Shown: piece after piece, positions 1-10,692 of the stretch
Layout: each line of letters begins with the position of its first letter
Numbering within the stretch: the first letter of the stretch is position 1
Origin: Acidimicrobiia bacterium
Lineage (GTDB): Bacteria; Actinomycetota; Acidimicrobiia; Spongiisociales; ZC4RG35
Direction of reading: 5' to 3'
Assembly: GCA_965203555.1 (NCBI GenBank)
Contig: CBDBCY010000004.1
Location: forward strand, 1,632,001 to 1,696,000
Length of the DNA: 64,000 nt
Made by a program: the position numbers and the translations under genes
Notes under the pieces: model-generated
Told to the model about the DNA's origin: nothing
What the model saw: the letters and a program-made list of their open reading frames with translations, nothing else
Databases searched by the model: none

Positions 1-19
1 ACCCGCACTCCCAGATCCA

Positions 20-622
20 ATGACCGACGCCGTTGATGCTCCCGCCGCGATTCGCAGAGCCGCCGACGGGTTCCGCGCCGCCGCTATCTCCGCGTCCCAT
101 GCCGTCGCCGGAAGCCCCTACGCCGTTGACCCCGATGGTGCCGCGGACATCTTTCACATTGAGCTCGAGGCCGTAGCCGACGCCCTAGCGTCCGCCGACG
201 CGGCCGCTCCCCTGGCCGGCCCGCTGGCTGTAGCTCTCGATACGTTAGCCAGCGGCCTGTCCTACATCGCTGACAGCGATCCAGACACCTCCCGCGCTGT
301 CGACAGCGCAAGCGCTTCCGCGTTCCTCGCCCTCGCCGATGCTCTCGACGGCCTGCCCGCTACCCTCGATGACCTCTCCGACGACTATCGGCCTCTCGTC
401 ACATACCAGGCGGCCAAGACCCGAGCGGACGCGCGAATAGTGGCCCACGCGTTCGGCGACCTGCTTGCTGCGCACCACGATGTGGATGAAGTCGTTGACC
501 TCGACGAAGCCGCCTACGAGATCTACAGCGACCGAGAGGCCGCCACCCGCTTCGTCGTGTGCGACACAGCCGCTGCCCTAGCCAGCGCTCACGCCCGACG
601 CAAGGGCGGAGAAGCGCGATGA
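20..622 (+). CDS. Hypothetical Ala/Asp-rich protein, possibly a mobile-element remnant
   Basis: 200-aa ORF with GC-rich codon usage; no recognisable motif. Confidence 0.45.
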   Translation: MTDAVDAPAAIRRAADGFRAAAISASHAVAGSPYAVDPDGAADIFHIELEAVADALASADAAAPLAGPLAVALDTLASGLSYIADSDPDTSRAVDSASASAFLALADALDGLPATLDDLSDDYRPLVTYQAAKTRADARIVAHAFGDLLAAHHDVDEVVDLDEAAYEIYSDREAATRFVVCDTAAALASAHARRKGGEAR

Positions 623-1126
623 TAGATGCCGCCGCCTGAGAGCAAACAAACCGACCGCGACGCGTTATGACAGATATTCCACCTGTCTCACGCGGGATGC
701 TAGCGCCGAACCCCCTGCTAGATGATCTGCCCCCCGTCGGGTTGTGCGGCATATTTCGGGAATATCAGTCATGAAGTGGGCCCCATTTTGCGGGACAGGT
801 GTGGGCAAGGTATGACAGCACCGACCGTTGTCGGGGGTGGGCGCTCCTGAGTCACCCGTTAGTGTGGCTCGACCTTAAGCCACGCGCGGGGGATCTGAGG
901 GGCAAGGGAGTTTCGTAGCCTTCGCGGCGGGGAAATGCTGTGTTGATAATGCTTTAATGTTGCGGTTAATGCATTTTGGTGGAGCGAATCCGTGTTTTGC
1001 GACAATATTGTTTTCGGAGTGAGGTGTACCCATCTGGAAAACAGCGTTGTAAGGGGCGATCTTGTTGCAATGGTGTTTGCATAGCGATGACGGACGACAA
1101 TATAATGAATAATACGACAATAAAAA

Positions 1127-2923
1127 ATGGGGTTATTATCAAAGATGCTGACGGTAGCAGAACTTCAAGGATTGCTCCCGCGTCTAGACGGGGCACCCGC
1201 TGACGACCTGGAATCTGAGAACCTGGAGTTCAAATCGTGGCAGCCGCATGGGCGAGCCTACAAGGAACAATTACGGAAGATTCGAGAGACCGTTGTTGCG
1301 TTTGCCAACGCAAGGGGAGGACTCTTGGTGCTTGGGGTGGAAGATCGCAACAGGTCTCGGGCCGAAGCTATCCACGGTGTAGGCAGTCTTGATGAGAACC
1401 GTCTTCGCCGTGACATTTACGACGGCACCGATCCTCACATCCTGGTAGAGGTCGAACCATTGTCTGAGCCGGAGGGCCGACTCTTGGTGATACGCGTTCC
1501 CGCCGGCATCCCTCCTCACACGACTACCGACGGAGTCGGTCGGATTCGGGTAGGGAAGGAGAACAAGCCTCTGACTGGAGCGAATCTTGCCCGATTAGTG
1601 GTATCTCGTGGACAGCGTGATCTCACTGCCGAGGTGCTCCCGGGAGCTAAGCCCTCCGATTTAGACCCGGATCAGATTCGCTTGTTGCGGATGACTGTTG
1701 AAGCGGATCCAGAGCCCCTCCATCCGTCTGGTCTCGATGGACAACGTCGTCTAGCAGCCCTGTCGGACACCGATTTATTAGAGGCTCTGGGATTGACTTC
1801 GGGAAATGAGATCACTATGGCTGCAATGCTCCTGGTTGGGCGCAAACCCATGCTGGCACAGTACGCCCCGCGACACGAACTCATCTTCTCCTATAGGAGG
1901 GAATCTACCCGCAACGACCTCAGAAGAGACCTAAGGGGCCCCCTTCTGCAGACCTTGGAGGAGATCCAGCGTTTACTGTCTGCCAATCTTCGGATGGAGA
2001 CAGTTGACCCAAGAGGCTTTGCCCAGCTTGAGATACCTGATATGACTTGGTGGGTTGCTCGAGAAGCGGTGCTCAATGCACTGGTCCACCGTGACTATTT
2101 CGTTAATCAGTCAATCCACATGGACCTCTACGATGATCGTGTCGAAGTTATCAGTCCGGGAGGGTTCATAGGCGGAATAACAGAACGTAACATCCTCCGT
2201 CACCCTCCGGTTCGGCGTAACCCTCTCTTGGCGGATGTGCTCCAGACTATCCGGCTCGTCAATCGCCAAGGTCTCGGGGTAGACCGCATCTTCGAGGAAT
2301 TGTTGCTACTAGGTAAGAACCCGCCGAGATATCAGGCTGACGAGTCCCATGTCAAATTGGTGCTCCCGACTAGGACGCATGCCGAGTTCGCACGATTTGT
2401 CTATGAGATGAATCGCAAAGGGGAGACTCTGCGACTTGACGACCTGATGGTACTTCGGGGGCTGCTCAGGCATAGGTCGTTGGATAGATGGTCTGCGGCC
2501 GATCTTCTGCAACTCCCCGAGGAAGATGCATCGGCCCGATTGGTCTCTCTCCGCCATCGGGGGTTCATTGTGGCGCAAGGCAGGGGACGCGGTACTAGCT
2601 ACCGACTTGCCCGCCGCCACGCTGAACTTCTTGAAAGCGATGACATGTCGGGTGAGGGTGTATGGATGGATGAAGAGTATGTGAGACTACGTGTGTTGGC
2701 CATTCTTTTCGAACGTAGTCGATTGACCAACGCCGAGATCAGGCGCATCACTGGCTACACCCGCTTCCAGGTCTTGAGGCTTATGGGTGCCCTTCGGCAA
2801 GAGGGCCACGCTGAAGTCAAGGGACGAGGACGAGGTGCCCACTACGTGCCAGTCGGTGAATACAGCCATGCAAGTCGATCAGGTTCCAAAGGGGGCAGCA
2901 TGGGGATAAGACCAGAGGTCTAA
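1127..2923 (+). CDS. AlbA_2 (Schlafen-like) + HATPase_c_4 + winged-helix protein (often annotated RecG-like/transcriptional regulator)
   Basis: ESENLEFK and VAFANARGGLLVLGVED (AlbA_2); REAVLNALVHRDY, VISPGG, RNPLLA, GLGVDRI (HATPase_c_4); two C-terminal wHTH ends GRGRGTSY and GRGRGAHY; start may be ATG 1145. Confidence 0.85.
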   Translation: MGLLSKMLTVAELQGLLPRLDGAPADDLESENLEFKSWQPHGRAYKEQLRKIRETVVAFANARGGLLVLGVEDRNRSRAEAIHGVGSLDENRLRRDIYDGTDPHILVEVEPLSEPEGRLLVIRVPAGIPPHTTTDGVGRIRVGKENKPLTGANLARLVVSRGQRDLTAEVLPGAKPSDLDPDQIRLLRMTVEADPEPLHPSGLDGQRRLAALSDTDLLEALGLTSGNEITMAAMLLVGRKPMLAQYAPRHELIFSYRRESTRNDLRRDLRGPLLQTLEEIQRLLSANLRMETVDPRGFAQLEIPDMTWWVAREAVLNALVHRDYFVNQSIHMDLYDDRVEVISPGGFIGGITERNILRHPPVRRNPLLADVLQTIRLVNRQGLGVDRIFEELLLLGKNPPRYQADESHVKLVLPTRTHAEFARFVYEMNRKGETLRLDDLMVLRGLLRHRSLDRWSAADLLQLPEEDASARLVSLRHRGFIVAQGRGRGTSYRLARRHAELLESDDMSGEGVWMDEEYVRLRVLAILFERSRLTNAEIRRITGYTRFQVLRLMGALRQEGHAEVKGRGRGAHYVPVGEYSHASRSGSKGGSMGIRPEV

Positions 2924-3009
2924 ACCGGGATGACAAACGCCGTCATCGTGCAGGTAAACCCATTGGCGTAAGCAGGCCGACAGATCAACAGAAAGGCACA
3001 ACCGGCCAG

Positions 3010-3136
3010 GTAGGTGTCGAGTCAGACCCGCCCCCGGTCTAGGGTATTAAGTATGAGTGGTTGGTCTTGGTGAGGTGGAACTGGTAGGGGTGGAGGAGCT
3101 GGCGGGCGATCGGTTGAGAGTGACGATCAGATCCCG
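3010..3136 (+). mobile_element. Probable ISL3-family transposase N-terminal remnant
   Basis: VESDP...VVGLGEVELVGVEELAGDRLRVTIRSR resembles the start of actinobacterial ISL3 transposases; interrupted by a stop/frameshift and fused abruptly to a truncated gene. Confidence 0.4.
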
Positions 3137-3676
3137 CACCAGTTCAAGATCAACGCCAACGCGGCCTTCGACGGCGCGGCGTCGCAGTGGCGCCAGGACT
3201 ACGCCACCTGGCAGCGCCACGACGACATACCCGAGCCGCGGGCCATGCACATCGCTGTCTTCCTCGACGACGTGATGCTCATTCCGGGCACCCACAAGCT
3301 CGGCGTGCTCGAGGCCGGCCACGATCTGGAGACCACGACCTACCCGCTCTGGTGCCTGGACCGTGAGACCGTCAGCGAGCCGGCCTCCAGCGGCGGTGTG
3401 GTCGCCCCGACCGGCAAGGCCGGCTGCGTGCTGATGTTCCACTCCAACATGGCGCACGCCGGCCCGCCCGACATCAGCCCCTTGAGCCGGGTCATCGACT
3501 ACCTGAGCCTCTGTGAGGTCTCGAACCACATCCGCAGGTTCCGGCGCGCCGAGTGGCGGGCCCTGCGCGACTTCCCGCCGATCGAGCCGCTGGCCGACGA
3601 CTGCCTGGAGGAGTTGGCGCGCCTCCGGGACTCGACTCCCGATCAGTACGCACGCGGCCATAGTCTGGATCCATAG
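3137..3676 (+). pseudogene. PhyH-family 2OG-Fe(II) dioxygenase (ectoine/proline hydroxylase-like), 5'-truncated
   Basis: HQFKINANAAFDG..QWRQDYATW..PEPRAMHIAVFLDDV, GHDLETTTYPLW, GCVLMFHSN; N-terminus missing, Fe-ligand HxD reads RQD, NGPL segment absent. Confidence 0.75.
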
Positions 3677-3677
3677 C

Positions 3678-5040
3678 ATGAACCTTTTCCGGCTACTGCA
3701 GGAGCGCGTCGCTGAGGGCCGCCCCGTCACCGTCGGCCTGATCGGAGCCGGCAAGTTCGGCTCGATGTTCCTGGCCCAGGCCAGGCACACGCCCGGGCTC
3801 CGTGTGGCGGCCATCGCCGACCTCGACCCGGACCGGGCCCGCGCCGCCCTGGCCGAGACCGGCTGGACCGGGGAGACCCGGCGGGGCTGCTCGCCTTCGG
3901 CCGCTCCGGACCAAGACGACGATCCACTTGACCGACGATGCTCTCGAGCTGGTCGCCGCCGACGGTCTGGAGGTCGTGGTCGACGCCACCGGCAACCCCC
4001 CGGCCGGCCTGGCCCACGCTCGCACCGCCATCGCCAACGGCAAGCACATTGTCATGGCCAACGTCGAAGCAGACGTCCTGGCCGGCCCGCTGCTGGCCGC
4101 CGAGGCCCGCCGGGCCGGGCTGGTCTACTCGATGGCCTACGGCGACCAGCCGGCGCTGATCTGCGAGATGGTCGATTGGGCGCAAGCGGCGGGCCTCGGC
4201 GTGGTCGCGGCGGGCAAGGGCACCAAGTACCTGCCGAGCTTCCACGACTCCACGCCCGAGACGGTCTGGGACGGCTACGGCATCTCCCCCGAACGGGCCG
4301 CCGAGGGCGGTATGAACCCGCAGATGTTCAACTCATTCCTCGACGGCACGAAGTCGGCGATCGAGATGGCCGCGGTGTCCAATGCCACCGGCCTGACGCC
4401 GGCGCCGGAGGGACTGGGATTCCCGCCGGCCGGCACCGACCAGCTCGCACAGGTCTTGCGACCGCGTGCCGAGGGCGGCACGCTGCACCACAAGGGCCAG
4501 GTGGAGGTGGTCTCGTCGCTGCATCGAAACGGCGAGCCGGTCGAGCGCGACCTGCGCTGGGGCGTCTACGTGGTTTTCGAGGCGCCCAGCGACTACACGG
4601 CGCGCTGCTTCGCCGAGTACGGTCTCGTGACCGACCGCAGCGGCCGCTACAGCGCGACCTACAAGCCCTACCATCTGATCGGCCTGGAGGTCGGCGTGTC
4701 AGTGTTGAGTGCGGCCCTGCGGGGCGAACCGACCGGTACGCCCGCCGGGTTTGTCGGCGATGCCGTGGCTGTCGCCAAGCGACACCTCCGCGCGGGCGAC
4801 AGCCTCGACGGCGAGGGGGGTTTCACCGTCCGGGGTCGGCTGATGCCGGCCGGCGACAGCCTCGCCTTGGGAGCCCTGCCGATAGGCCTCGCCCACAACG
4901 TGCCCGTGGTCAACGACGTGCCCAAGGGCAGCCTGGTCACCTGGGCCGACGTGAGGGTCGACGAGACCAGCGACGCAGTGAGGACCCGCCGCGACATGGA
5001 GGCCCGCCTCGCCCCGACCCGCGTCGCCGCGACGGCATAG
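3678..5040 (+). pseudogene. NAD(P)-dependent oxidoreductase (homoserine-dehydrogenase-like) with C-terminal SAF domain, frameshifted near 3880-3915
   Basis: MNLFRLL..GLIGAGKFG in one frame; DATGNP, MANVEAD, GDQP, FLDGTKSAIEM, LDGEGG, LPIGLAH in another frame. Confidence 0.8.
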
Positions 5041-5415
5041 GCGTGATACCCGCAGCCCTTCTCACGGCCTGAGCGATCCCCAGCACCGGACCGGTGTGTG
5101 GGAATATCCATTTACAGCCCCCGGTGTGTGTTTGATCACTGGCGATGAGGTCGGAGGTCGACGTTGGCTTCGCGGTTTCGGCGTCTCGCTGGACATGTCT
5201 TCCAATTTCGGCCGGTACCTCCCCACAGCCGGTCTTCCTGCCAAAACCAGGCGGATTTCCTTTCCAACCTTCTCTTGTGCGACGCCCCGACCTAGGAAAC
5301 CGCGATTTGGCGCGTGCCCAGGTAGGTGACACTGCTTGGTACCACCTCGGTAGGCGCTCCAAGGCTCCGGTGGTTGCAGCGGCGGCCTGAGGCTGGAGGA
5401 ATTGCACCGAGAAGT

Positions 5416-5434
5416 GAGAATGATTATCATTATC
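5416..5434 (+). promoter_or_regulatory. Fur-box-like operator
   Basis: GAGAATGATTATCATTATC matches the Fur consensus GATAATGATAATCATTATC at 17/19; ~100 bp upstream of an iron-type ABC operon. Confidence 0.75.
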
Positions 5435-5533
5435 ATTTCTACGAACTCTGGGTGTTTCCTGACGCTCGGCACCTGTTCAGATTGCACTTTGGGACGCTGA
5501 CGGCTAGATCACATTGAAGTGAAGGAGAAACGA

Positions 5534-6760
5534 ATGAACAGATCGGGCCGAATTGGCCGCATACCGCTGGCGCTTCCGGCGGTGTTGACCTTGGTGGTCG
5601 CGATCCTCGCGGCTGCCTGCTCGGACAGGGGGGAGACTGCCTCCCCTCCCACCACCAGTGAAGCGACAACAACTGCCGCGCCAGCCACAACCACCACGGC
5701 GGCGGCGACTACCACGACTCGGGCAGCGACGACAACTACCGCTGCGCCGACGACAACCACCAGGGCGGCAATGACAACTACCGCTGCGCCGACGACAACC
5801 ACCAGGGCGGCAATGACAACTACCGCTGCGCCGACAACTACAACTACGCAGAGCCCCACAACCACCGCCGCCCCGGAGCCCGCCGGAGTGACGATCGAAA
5901 ACTGCGGTGTGGAGGATGTCTACGACGCCGTTCCCCAGCGGGTGGTCGCCACGGACACAAGCGCCCTGGAGGTACTTGTGGCTCTCGGGTTGCAGGACCA
6001 CGTCATCGGCTACTTCGGCGGCACGCCCGACCGGTTGCAGCCTCAGCATCAAGCCCGGGCGGCTCTGGTGGAGCGCCTGGGCGGCAGCTTCCCGTACCCC
6101 TCGCTGGAGGCGGTCCTCGCCCCTGCGCCGGACCTGGTGTTCAGCTACGGATTCAACGAGGGCGTCGGGCTCACCCCGCAGAACCTGCGGGACGCTGATG
6201 TCCACAGCTTCTCTTTCACGGAGGCCTGCCCCGACTTCTCCGGCAACGTGACCCTCGAGGTGATGTTCTCGGACGTTCTCACCGTGGCGCGGATATTCAA
6301 GGTTGAGGACCGCGCCGAGGAACTCATCGCCTCGTGGGAGCAGCAGATCGCGGAGGTCGCCGCGGCGATCCCGGCCGGCGAGAGGGTCCGCGTCTTCTAC
6401 TTCGACTCGGGTGAAGAGGCGCCCTTCACCGCGCTGGCGGGTTCCGTGATGTCGGACATCATCAGCCGCGCCGGCGGGGTGAACATCTTCTCGGAAGCGG
6501 GCGGCACATGGGGCGTCGTGGAGTGGGAAGCCGTAATCGAGGGCGACCCGGAGTTGATCATCTTCGTCGACTACGGCTTCGGCGGCCCGGAGACAAACCG
6601 GGCGTTCCTGGAGTCCGACCCGGCTCTCTCAGGCATGTCGGCGGTGGTGAACGGTCAGTACATGACGCTGACATTCCTCCAAAGCGTGCCGGGGCCACAG
6701 AACCTTGACGGCCTCATCAAGGTGGCGACCGCGGTGCGCGGTCTGAGAGCCAGCGGCTAG
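5534..6760 (+). CDS. Iron-siderophore/cobalamin-type ABC transporter substrate-binding lipoprotein with Thr/Ala-rich linker
   Basis: RBS AAGGAG at 5522; lipobox LAAAC; VTIENCG, PQRVV, PSLEAVLAPAPDLV, AGGVNIF, VEWEAVIEGDPELI. Confidence 0.88.
   Translation: MNRSGRIGRIPLALPAVLTLVVAILAAACSDRGETASPPTTSEATTTAAPATTTTAAATTTTRAATTTTAAPTTTTRAAMTTTAAPTTTTRAAMTTTAAPTTTTTQSPTTTAAPEPAGVTIENCGVEDVYDAVPQRVVATDTSALEVLVALGLQDHVIGYFGGTPDRLQPQHQARAALVERLGGSFPYPSLEAVLAPAPDLVFSYGFNEGVGLTPQNLRDADVHSFSFTEACPDFSGNVTLEVMFSDVLTVARIFKVEDRAEELIASWEQQIAEVAAAIPAGERVRVFYFDSGEEAPFTALAGSVMSDIISRAGGVNIFSEAGGTWGVVEWEAVIEGDPELIIFVDYGFGGPETNRAFLESDPALSGMSAVVNGQYMTLTFLQSVPGPQNLDGLIKVATAVRGLRASG
5732..5838 (+). repeat. In-frame 42-bp tandem repeat (~2.5 copies) encoding TTTAAPTTTTRAAM
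   Basis: Unit ACAACTACCGCTGCGCCGACGACAACCACCAGGGCGGCAATG repeated directly. Confidence 0.9.
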
Positions 6761-8179
6761 TTGGCGCCAGGCTTCGCCGCCGAGCTCGGAAATCCCTCTT
6801 CAGCCCGGCGCCGGCCCGTCACACCATCTCGAGAGCCGCAGGTCACGGTGACGACACTCCAAGCGGGCGCCCTGAAGAGCGTCCTGGCCCTGAGCTACCC
6901 GTTCGTAGTCGCCAACCTCTCTCAGATCGCGCTCGGCATAGTCGACACGGCGATGATCAGCCGCGTCTCCACCCAGGCGCTCGCAGCAGCGGCAATTGCA
7001 TCGTCCATCAACGTGGCGGCGGGAATGCTGTTCGGCGGTTGGGCGACCGCCGCACAGGTGATAGCGGCCCGCCGGTACGGTGAGGAACGTCCCGCAGAAG
7101 TCGGGCAGGTGCTGGGGGTGTCGATGCTCGTCGGCATCGGCGCCGGTCTCATCGTCCTCCTGTTTCTGAGCTTCGGGGCGGGCCTGCTCCTCGCCGCGTT
7201 CGACGTGAGCGAGGCCGTGCGGAGTGAGGGCGTTCCGTACCTGCGGGTGCTGGCGTTGGCCGCACCCCTGGCGTCCGCCACGGCCATGTTTCGCGCCGTC
7301 TACGCAGGAGTAGGAGAGACCAAGGTGGCGATGCGCATGGCTGTCCTCGTCAACGCTGTAAATATCCCGTTGAACTATGTCCTGATCTTCGTGGTCGGCT
7401 GGGGTCTCCTCGGGGCGGGCGTCGGTACGGTGATCTCCGTCGCCTTGGGCTGCGTCTACATGGGCCTGTTCGGCTGGAGACGGTTTCGGTACACCTACGA
7501 ACTGTTCCGCGTGGCGCATTTGCGCCACTACCGGGAGGTACTTCCCCGGCTCTGGTCCATCGGTTGGCCCGAGACGGCCATGCTGGTCCTGGGCTATGTC
7601 AACAACGTCCTTGTGCTCGGAATCGTCGCTTCCCTCGGCACAACGGTGATCGCCGGAATGCAGGTGGTCACAAACGTGCAGCAGGTCCTCTGGACAATCA
7701 TCTGGGCGCTTTCCACCGGCGTGTCGATCCTCGTCGGGCAGAGCCTCGGCAGGCGCGACGAGCCCACCGTGGCCATGACCGAAAGGGCGGGGCTCGCGCT
7801 TATGGTCGCCCTGCCGGCGGCCTTCCTGGCGCCCGTGCTCCTCGCAACGTCCCCGGTCCTGCATTTGCTTACCCCCGACAGCGAAGTCGTGGCTGAAGCA
7901 GGGCGCATCCTTCCCATGCTGGCTGTGCAGGTGCCGTTTATGGCCACGAGCATGGTGCTGGCCGCCACGCTGCGCGCCGCCGGGGATTCCAGGTGGATCT
8001 TCTACATGTCCACCGCCTCCAGTTACCTGGTGATGGTGCCACTGGCTTGGCTTCTGGCCGTCAGGGTCGGCTGGGGGCTTACCGGCGTCTATGTCGCCGG
8101 GATCGCCTTCTTCGCCGCCCGGACCGCCGGGACCTGGTGGCGGTACCGGCAGGGACACTGGCGGACGGCGGAGCTGTGA
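6761..8179 (+). CDS. MATE family efflux transporter
   Basis: IVDTAMISRV, GVGETKVAM, NIPLNYVLIF, LRAAGDS; about 12 hydrophobic segments; true start may be ~6848. Confidence 0.88.
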   Translation: MAPGFAAELGNPSSARRRPVTPSREPQVTVTTLQAGALKSVLALSYPFVVANLSQIALGIVDTAMISRVSTQALAAAAIASSINVAAGMLFGGWATAAQVIAARRYGEERPAEVGQVLGVSMLVGIGAGLIVLLFLSFGAGLLLAAFDVSEAVRSEGVPYLRVLALAAPLASATAMFRAVYAGVGETKVAMRMAVLVNAVNIPLNYVLIFVVGWGLLGAGVGTVISVALGCVYMGLFGWRRFRYTYELFRVAHLRHYREVLPRLWSIGWPETAMLVLGYVNNVLVLGIVASLGTTVIAGMQVVTNVQQVLWTIIWALSTGVSILVGQSLGRRDEPTVAMTERAGLALMVALPAAFLAPVLLATSPVLHLLTPDSEVVAEAGRILPMLAVQVPFMATSMVLAATLRAAGDSRWIFYMSTASSYLVMVPLAWLLAVRVGWGLTGVYVAGIAFFAARTAGTWWRYRQGHWRTAEL

Positions 8180-9288
8180 GGTCCTCGTTGATGGCCAGGC
8201 TGGTCCGTTCCGGGGCCCGGCGTCCGGCGGGCGTGGAACGCCGCGGGATGGCGGGTCCGGGCTTTGCCGCGTTGCTGGGAGTGCTCTGCGTCGTTGTGGT
8301 CTTGTCAATCGTGCTGGCGGTGACCCTGGGTCCGGCGGACATCTCACCTACTACCGCTTGGCGGATCGGGATTCACCAGTTCTTGCCGGACGCGGTGGCG
8401 GCCGACTGGCCGGCCGCGCACGAGCGGATCGTGTGGCACGTCCGTCTCCCTCGGGCGCTTCTCGCCGTGCTGGTCGGAGCGGCGCTCGCCGTGGTCGGCA
8501 CAGTGCTCCAGGCGATGGTGCGAAACCCCCTGGCGGACCCGACGATCCTCGGCGGGACCGCCAGCGCCGCAGCCGGAGCCGTCAGCGTCATGGTGCTCGG
8601 CTGGACGTTCGCGGGGACTTACACGCTGCCGGTCGCCGCGTTCGCGGGCGGTCTCATCGGCTACGGGCTGGCGTTTTTGCTGGCCAACTCCTGGGGCGGT
8701 CTCAGTCCGCTGCGCCTGGTGCTGGCCGGGATCGCGGTGGGTTTTCTCTTCTCGGCGGTAACCAGCATGCTCATCTTCATCAGCGAACAGAGTCAGACAG
8801 CGCGTCTCGCTCTCTTCTGGATGCTCGGCGCCCTGGGCGGGGCGCGGTGGGACCAACTCGGACTCCCGGCGATCCTTCTGGTCGGCGGGCTCGTCTACCT
8901 GTTGGCCCAGGCCCGTCCGCTGAACCTGCTCCTCTTCGGCGATGAGACCGCCACCAGCATGGGAGCGCCGCCGAACCGGCTGCGCCGCGTCCTCTTCGTG
9001 GTCGTGGCGCTCCTGACGGGCACGTCGGTTGCCCTGGCCGGCGGGGTCGGGTTCGTAGGCCTCGTCATCCCGCACGCCGCCCGCATGCTTGTGGGCTCCG
9101 ACCATCGCCGGGTCCTTCCGCTCGCTGCGCTGGTCGGAGCCCTCTTCCTGCTGGTGGCGGACGTGCTGGCGCGCCTGGTCATCCAGCCGCGGGAACTGCC
9201 GATCGGGGTGATCACCGCGCTGGTCGGCGCGCCCGTGTTCGCTCTGCTCCTCCGTTCCCGACTGCGAGGACCGGACCATGCCCGGTGA
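8176..9288 (+). CDS. FecCD-family iron-chelate ABC permease
   Basis: VRLPRALLA, RNPLADPTILG, GDETATSMG, GFVGLVIPH, ELPIGVIT; GTGA overlap with the MATE stop. Confidence 0.9.
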   Translation: MRSSLMARLVRSGARRPAGVERRGMAGPGFAALLGVLCVVVVLSIVLAVTLGPADISPTTAWRIGIHQFLPDAVAADWPAAHERIVWHVRLPRALLAVLVGAALAVVGTVLQAMVRNPLADPTILGGTASAAAGAVSVMVLGWTFAGTYTLPVAAFAGGLIGYGLAFLLANSWGGLSPLRLVLAGIAVGFLFSAVTSMLIFISEQSQTARLALFWMLGALGGARWDQLGLPAILLVGGLVYLLAQARPLNLLLFGDETATSMGAPPNRLRRVLFVVVALLTGTSVALAGGVGFVGLVIPHAARMLVGSDHRRVLPLAALVGALFLLVADVLARLVIQPRELPIGVITALVGAPVFALLLRSRLRGPDHAR

Positions 9289-10318
9289 TGGGCCGGACAC
9301 CAACACCTCGCACCCGCCCCCGGCCGGCGCCGACCCCACCCCCCTGCTACTGACACTGTCCGAGGTAACGGTTGCGGTGGGCGCCGTGGAGATCTGTTCA
9401 GAGGTCAGCCTGGAAGTCGAGCCCGGCCGGGTGCTGGGTGTCGTCGGGCCGAACGGCAGCGGCAAGACCACCCTGCTGCGCGCCGCCTACCGGATGTTGC
9501 GCCCGCGACTGGGGCGCGTGGTGGTGGGCGGGGACGACCTCTGGGAGTTACATCCTCTCGAGGCCGCTCGCCGTATCGCCGTGGTCGTGCAGGAGCCGAG
9601 GACCGACTTCGAGTTCACCGTGCGGGAAGTGGTTGCGATGGGACGCAGCCCTCACCAGTCGGCATTCGCCAGAGAGTCCGACCGGGACCGGCGACGAGTC
9701 AACGAAGCTCTTGCCCATGTGGGCATCAAGGCGCTGGCAACCCGGTCGTTCAGCACACTGTCGGGGGGAGAGAAGCAACGGGCGTTGATCGCCCGGGCTC
9801 TCGCGCAGGAGGCGGGCGTACTGATACTCGACGAGCCCACCAATCATCTCGACATCCGCTACCAGTTCGAAGTCCTCGATCTCGTCCGCGGTGTGGGAGT
9901 GACCACGCTCCTCTCGATCCACGACGTGAACCTGGCGGCGGAGTACTGCGACTACATCGTCGTGTTGAATGGCGGTCGCGTGCAAGCGGCCGGGCCGGTG
10001 GAGACGGTCCTGACGCCGGAGGTGTTGGAACCTGTGTTCGAAGTGAGGGTTGAACGGGTAGCACGGGCAGGAGGGCGGGCCCTGTATTGGTTCCAGAGCC
10101 GTGGTCACCCTACCGCAGCGGAGTCGGCGAAACCGGCCTCCTCCGTCTCCGCCCCCCGTTCGCCCTCGTCGAGGGTGCCAAAGCAGGGGGCAAAGGAGGA
10201 ACCAAGCCAAATTGACCATGACTTCGACTTCCAGGACCCAACATTGACGGTACCTGAGTATCCCTCCGCCAACTCACCAAGGAACCCGAAAGTGACACGG
10301 TCACAGACACCTCGCTAA
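9278..10318 (+). CDS. Iron-chelate ABC transporter ATP-binding protein
   Basis: GPNGSGKT, LSGGEKQR, ILDEPTNHLD, HDVNLA. Confidence 0.92.
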   Translation: MPGDGPDTNTSHPPPAGADPTPLLLTLSEVTVAVGAVEICSEVSLEVEPGRVLGVVGPNGSGKTTLLRAAYRMLRPRLGRVVVGGDDLWELHPLEAARRIAVVVQEPRTDFEFTVREVVAMGRSPHQSAFARESDRDRRRVNEALAHVGIKALATRSFSTLSGGEKQRALIARALAQEAGVLILDEPTNHLDIRYQFEVLDLVRGVGVTTLLSIHDVNLAAEYCDYIVVLNGGRVQAAGPVETVLTPEVLEPVFEVRVERVARAGGRALYWFQSRGHPTAAESAKPASSVSAPRSPSSRVPKQGAKEEPSQIDHDFDFQDPTLTVPEYPSANSPRNPKVTRSQTPR

Positions 10319-10692
10319 GGCGCAGGTCAGGAGTGGTGGCCAACACCCCGCAATTAAATAGGGCCTCGAATTCAATTTAGCCCGATCAAGATGGACCATT
10401 CAGCGTTCAGGGGCCGGTTTGCCGACTCTTTGGCGGTTTGGCTGGGCTCAGCAGGTGTTATGGACTAGCCGCAAGATGTATCTGCATCTCCTCTCAGCCC
10501 GGATGGCCACCAGCACCTACCGGTCGGTCTCAACGACGCACCAAGGTGCGAATAAACAGCAATGCTCTCGAAATCGTTCCCAGTCGGATCCGGAGGGCTG
10601 AGACCCGCCGGCGGGCTTGGTGTGCCCGGCCAGACATCTGCAGCCGGTCCGACCCGATGCGGAGAGAATCCAAAAGGGCCGGCTCTGCCCGA

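Noticed and set aside
5045-5400. Possible IS end or small gene upstream of the iron operon
   Set aside because: No matching second terminal repeat or transposase motif could be found.
5690-5870. Repeat array as CRISPR or phase-variation tract
   Set aside because: Unit is 42 bp (in frame) with no spacers; it encodes an ordinary Thr/Ala lipoprotein linker.
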